From positions 1 to 64,000 of the forward strand of contig QPMI01000642.1 in assembly GCA_004431415.1 (NCBI GenBank): DNA of 64,000 nucleotides, written 5' to 3'. Position 1 is the stretch's first letter. Each line of letters starts with the position of its first letter. Origin of the DNA: Cyanophora paradoxa CCMP329 (taxonomy: Eukaryota > Plantae > Glaucophyta). A model generated the notes under the pieces. That model saw only the letters and a program-made list of their open reading frames with translations. It was not told the origin of the DNA and did not search any database. Shown here in pieces: positions 58,633 to 64,000 of this stretch. A program made the translations under genes and the position numbers.

Positions 58633-61600
58633 CTCGAGGCCGGCCGCACGAGTGGAGGACGACGAGCTTGCCCGAGTCGGAGACCATCTTCTCGAAGGAG
58701 GGGACCGAGATGTGCGTCGAGCCGTGCGTCCGCAGCGTCCACTCCAGCAGCCCGCGCCTGCGCGCCCGCTCAGGGAGGGAGGGCCGGAGGCGGGGCAGAG
58801 GAGGGCCGCCGCGGACCCGGGCTCGAGGCCGGACTCTTCGGGGGATGCGAGGGAGAAGGGGTCGGGGGGGTGGAGGAGGCCCCCGCGGCGGGCCTGGTAG
58901 CTCGTGAGCGCCGGCGGCCGCGACCAGTGCGCCACCGTCGTCACGTCGGCCGGCGTCCAGCGGCGGCAGTCCATGCCCAGCAGGAGCGAGCGGGCGGTGG
59001 CGCGCAGCGAGTGCGCCCCGTGCTCGCTCGCGAAGCGCCGGCTCGAGCAGAGGGGCTCCGGGGGCGGCGCGAGGACCGCCGGCATGTAGACGCGCGCGGC
59101 GCGGACGACGCCGCGGCCCTCGACGAAGAGGTCGCGCAGCTCGTCCGCCTCGAACCGCGTCAGCCGCCCCGCGTCCGGCTCCGCCGCCCGCTGCCGCCCC
59201 CGCTCCGCCTCCCGCTCCGCCGCCGCCTCGCGCCGCGTCGCCTCGCGCTCCCGCGGGGCGGCCCGGAATGACGTGTACGAGGCGAGGCGGTCCCGCGGCT
59301 CCCGCACGAGGCCGCGCCACGCCGGCGACGAGTCGCCGTACAGGCCGCGCAGCGCCAGGCCCCTGCGCGTCGCCAGCGCCACCGGCCCGCCCAGGAGCCG
59401 CGCGGCGCCGCCGCGGTGGCCCTCGCTCGAGCTGGGGCCGTAGACCTCCAGCACGCGCTTGGCGCGCTCGAGGAGGCGGGCGGCGTGGGCGACGCGCTCG
59501 TAGACGGCCAAGGCCGGCGAGGCGCGCTCGAGCTCGCCGGGGGAAAGCCCCGCCAGCCGCGCGAAGCCGAAGCCCGTGTCGAAGGATGGCTCGCCGGCGC
59601 CGCACCAGACCCGCGGGCGCCCGCCGGAGGGGGCGGGGGCGGGGGCGCTGTGGATGCGGGAGTGGACGTGGGCGGCGCAGAGGATGCGGACGAGGTAGAG
59701 GGCGAACTCGGCGCGGTCGGCGCGCGGCTCGTACAGCGAGCCGGCGCACGCCGGCGCCTCCTCGCCGAGGCGCCGCACCCAGCCAATCCCGGCGTACTCC
59801 TCCGCCAGCGCCGCCGCCACGCGCTCCTCCTCCTCGTCGGCCGCGCGGCGCGCCTGCTCCTCGGCCGCCTCCGCCGCCTGCACCGCGGCCGCGCCGGCCC
59901 CCTGCGCGGCGGCCAGACGGCGCGCCCGCGCCGCGGCCGCGAGCCTCGCGCGCGCCCCTGCCAAGGCCTGCAGGTGCTTCGCGCGGAGGCGCTCCCTCTG
60001 CTCGTCCAGCTGGCGGGGGTCCTGTAGGAGGAAGCCGGCGCGCCTGGCCGGGCGCTCGCCGACGGCGGCGCCGGGCTGGTCGAGGAGGAGCAGGCGGGGC
60101 AGGGCGAGGGCGACGGGGCTCGCGTTGACGAAGGGGACCTCCTGCATGCCCCCGAAGGGCGCCGGCGGGGCGACGGGCGGCGGCCGCTGGAACTGGTACG
60201 GCGAGCGCACGGAGCGCCGCTCGAAGAGCTCCGGGTGGTTGCAGACCTGCCCCGGCCGGCGTCACAGGCGCCCCAGGGAACGCAGACATGGAAGAGATAG
60301 AGAAGGGGGCTCGCCTTGCGGAGCTGCATCACGAGGTTCATGAGGCTGTCCATCTTCGCCCGCTTCTCCGTCGTCGTCACCTGCGGAGGCGGGGGAAGGC
60401 ACGTCAGGTCGGCTCCAGAAGGAGGGAGGGGGGGCGGGCTGAGGGCGGGCCTCGATGATGTCGGCGATGGAGATCTTGGACTTGACGGCGGCGTAGAGGG
60501 CGCGCTGGCGGGCGGAGAGGGGGCACGGCAGCTCCACCTCGACCTTCTCCGCCATCTCGTTCTCCACGTCCTTCTTCACGCGCCGGAGCATGAACGGCTT
60601 GAGGATGAGGTGGAGGCGCGAGAGCTGGTCTGCGGGGCCCCGGCTAAGCGGGGCCCCGGCTCGCTGCAGGGGGGCGAGCTGGAGGGCGCACGCTCGTTGA
60701 GGGAGCCGCCGGAGGCGGCGTTGCTCTCGATGTCCTTGGAGAACCACTCGTTGAACTCCTCGTGGGAGTCGAAGAAGGTCGGCATAATGAAGTGCAGCAG
60801 CGCCCACAGCTGCCCGCCCCGTTAGCGGGGGAGGGGGGGGGGGGAGGGGAGGGGGGGGAGGGGAGGGGGGGGGGGCACGGCGCGCCTCGGTCATGGAGTT
60901 CTGGATGGGGGTACCGGTGAGGAGCAGGCGGTTGCGGCAGTTGAAGGAGAGGAGGGACTTCCATCGGAGGGAGGAGGAGGACTTCAGGGCCTGCGGGGGG
61001 TACTCAGAAAAGCGTTGTAGAGGGGGTACGGGATCTTTAAGCAAAGGAAGCGCGCCTGGGCCTCATCGAGGACCATGTACTGCCACTTGACGCGGTGGAA
61101 GTACTTCTCGTCCTGTACGAGCAGCTGCGGGAGGGGGTACGGCGTTAGGAGGACGGAGGGGGTACGGAGATGTGTCGGACGGTCGGGGGTGTACCTGGTA
61201 GGAGGTGACGAGCACGTGGAAATCGGAGTCTCGCGTGTAGAGGGACTTGGCGGAGAAGTGCTTGCGCAGGACCTGCGGGGGAGGGGGTACGACGATCAGA
61301 ACGCGTCCGGGGGTATGGCGTCGCGGGGGGCGGGCTCGCCTTGCGGTCCTTGATGCCGCCCCAGTAGGGGAGGACCTTGAAGTGGGGGCAGAACTTGACG
61401 ATCTCGTTGCGCCAGTTGTGGAGGGTCGAGGCCGGGGCGACGACCAGGAAGGGGCCCCAGATCTCCTTCTCAGACAGGTAGCACAGCAGCGAGAGGCTCT
61501 GCACCGTCTTGCCCAGCCCTGCGCGGGGGGAGGTCAGGCCGCCGGCCTCCCGCCGACACGCCCGAGAAACAGCGTACCCATCTCGTCGGCGAGGATGCCG

Positions 61601-64000
61601 TTGATGCCCTGCTCGTAGAGGTTGACGAGCCAGTTGAGGCCCTTGAGCTGGTACTCCTTCAGCGTCGCCGCCAGCGTCGACGGCTGCTTCACGACCACGT
61701 CCCCGGGCCGCGTCGACGGCTCGTTGAACATCCCCTGCGCGCCCCGTGGTCAGGGGCGGGGCGGGGCGGGGCCGAGAAGCTGGGGGAGGCGGGTCGGGCG
61801 CGCCTCCTCGTCCATCTTGGCGGCCATGTCGGCCACGGTGCGCTGCGGGCCGCCGGCGCCCTCCTCCGAGGCCCCGCCCGCCTTCTCCTCCGCCTCGCTC
61901 TCGGAGCCGGCCAGCGCCGCCCGGTGCTTCGCGTGCGCCTCCTGCTGCCCCGTCAGCGCACGCGGCGGCAGCGGCGGGCGGGGCAGGCGCGCCTCGTTGG
62001 CCTTGCGGCGGGCGACGTAGTCCGCGTCGTTGGCCCGGACCTTCTCCCGGTGCGCCTGCAGCGCCGCCATCGTCTTCTCCATCGCCTGCCGCAGCCGTCA
62101 GGCGCGAAAGGCGGCGCCGGGAGGGCCGGGCGGGCTGGGCGCGCCTTGGCGTGCGCCTCGCGCTCCGCGTCGTCCATCTCCTCGAGGTCCGCCGCGGAGA
62201 GCTGGGGCACCGGGGGCGCGTCCTCTTCCGGCGCCGGCTCCTCGGGCGCCGCGGCGGCGGCGGGCGGCGGCGGGGAGGCCTCGGGCCCGGCGTCGCCCTC
62301 CTTGGCCTTCTTGTCGAAGTGCTCCTTGAAGCCGCTCATCTTCTTGGCCATGAAGTGGCTGAAGAGCTCCGTCTGCTGGAGCAGGAAGTTTAGCTTCCGG
62401 TGCTGCCGCCGCGCCTCCCGCTGCTCCTCCTCCCGCTTCCGCTGCTCCGCCTGCTCCTTCTCTGCCCGCTTCGCCCGGTCCGCGATCTCCTTCTCGTGCT
62501 TGCGCCAGAAGACCTGCGGCCGGCCGGTCAGGGAGGCGCCCGCATTCGAGAAGCGGGCGGGCGGGCGCACCTGCATCTCGCGGGCGCAGCGCTTGGCGCG
62601 GTTGGTGGCCTCCTTCGTGCCCTTCTGCCAGCGGACGGCGCGGCGGCGGAACTCGCGCTGGGCCTGGAGGGCGATGGACTTGCAGAACTTGAGGTGCGAG
62701 GCGTGGCCCTGCGCCACGAGGCGCTGGATCTTGGGGACCTCCTTCGCGACGCGCGTCGTCCAGTGCTTGCGCCGCCGCTCCACCGCCTCCTTCTCTGTCC
62801 GCTTCCGCTTCTTCGCCTCGAGCTTGGCGCGCTTCGCCTCGTCCACCTCCGCCACCACGAGCTGCCGCAGCTCCGCCTCCTCCTCGGCGTCCGGCGCCAG
62901 CGCCGGCACCGTCGAGAGCAGCGCCGCCGAGGCCCCGCCGGGCGTCACGCCGGGCGGCGCCGCCGGCAACGAGCCGCGCGTCGCGTGGCCCGAGGGCGAC
63001 GGGCCGGCGGAGAAGGGCGAGGGGCTCGCGAAGAGGCTGGGGAGGCCGTCCGGCGTGCCGGGCGTGGCGGGGTCGGTCAGGCGCGACTTGCGCTTGCCCA
63101 CCGTCTTGCGGGCCGCCGGCGTGCCCGTCTCCTCGCCGGTGCACTGCCGCGTGTGGATGATGAACCCGCGCGGATCGAACGCCCGGCTGCACTTCGGGCA
63201 CTGCACGCGCCCGTCCGCCGTCCGCGCCGTGTCGATCCCGTCGTACCTGCGCAGGGCGGCTCGGGCGGAGCGGCGGACGCGGGCGGAGCGGGGGCGGGCG
63301 GCGGGGCGCACGTGGTCCGCTGAAGGGCCTTGCGCTTCCGCTTCTCGTTCGGCTGCCCGTCCGCGCCCAGCGCCCTGTTCGACGCCGGCTCCTGCGGGGG
63401 CCCCTCAGGGGCCGGCGGCGGGGGCGCCCGGGGCACCACCGCGGCGCACGAAAGAGGGGTCCTTGTCGTCCTCGGGGTCGGCCCGGGGCGCCGGCTCCTC
63501 CCCCGCTTCCTCCGGCCCCACCGAGAGCTCCGCGGGCGGCCCGTCGCCGTCGGCCGGGAACCCGAGCGAGGGCTGGCGCCCCCGCTTCCCCACCGACTTG
63601 CGGGCGGCGCGGGGCGCGGCGGTGCTCCAGCGGCCGACGCTGTGCAGGTGCCGCCGGGTGCGCCGCAGCCGCCCGAGCTCCTCCTCGTACTCGGGGCCCA
63701 TCGACAGGACCTCGGAGACAGCCGCCGGGTCGTCCAGCTCCTCGTCCGGCGGCAGGAAGGACGGCGAGAACGGGTCCAGCACCATCGCCTCCCCCTCGTC
63801 CGCCGCCGGCTCCCGCTTCAGGTGCGCCGGGCCGCCCTTTGCCGGGCGCCGCCGCTCCTGGGGCAGCGCCTGCTCTAGCAGCACCTGCCGCCCGCCGTAC
63901 GCGGCCGGGTGCGTGTGGAGACCCTCTGCGAAGAAGCGCGGGTCCTTGGCCCGCAGCTTCGCCGCCTTGCGCTCCGTGGCGCGGCTGCGGCGCCGGCGTC
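56231..64000 (-). CDS. INO80: INO80 chromatin-remodelling ATPase (5' end beyond window)
   Basis: DBINO domain [24 protein letters not shown]; [33 protein letters not shown]; DEAQ; [10 protein letters not shown]; [12 protein letters not shown]; [21 protein letters not shown]. Confidence 0.96.
58601..58628. repeat. (GA)n microsatellite in an INO80 intron
   Basis: gagaga run. Confidence 0.9.

Noticed and set aside
30376-64000. Long Arg/Pro/Gly/Ala-rich ORFs on either strand
   Set aside because: These are artefacts of extreme GC content, antisense to or out of frame with the spliced genes.

Overview
Eukaryotic, gene-dense, very GC-rich host DNA with many short introns, many with GC donors. An MAAFV-type plastid transit peptide points to a glaucophyte-like alga (inference). 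Positions 1 to ~13,100 are an AT-rich, intronless, strongly CpG-depleted endogenous Polinton/virophage-like DNA virus arm. It encodes small AT-hook ORFs, an AEP primase-PriCT-SF3 helicase, a GIY-YIG nuclease, a protein-primed PolB (putative terminal protein, vOTU-like, EndoVII-like and eroded exonuclease regions) and an intact rve integrase, followed by palindromic iteron repeats that also occur once internally. No capsid gene is recognisable in the window. From 10.8 to 30.1 kb lies a nest of transposons around one host membrane-protein gene: four copies of a non-autonomous Helitron2/Helentron-like element, a gag-only LTR element with identical 110-bp LTRs, a 64-bp polyA retro-insertion with a 12-bp TSD, and a hAT MITE with an 8-bp TSD. 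Host genes are a Cys-rich single-pass membrane protein with repeated RxLL sites, an F-box/LRR protein, a mitochondrial PPR protein, a hybrid histidine kinase with 6-7 tandem GAF modules, a TPR/EF-hand-like protein, a plastid-targeted TPR protein and INO80 (truncated by the window edge). Most GC-rich six-frame ORFs are artefacts of composition and introns. All coordinates and counts were made by eye.
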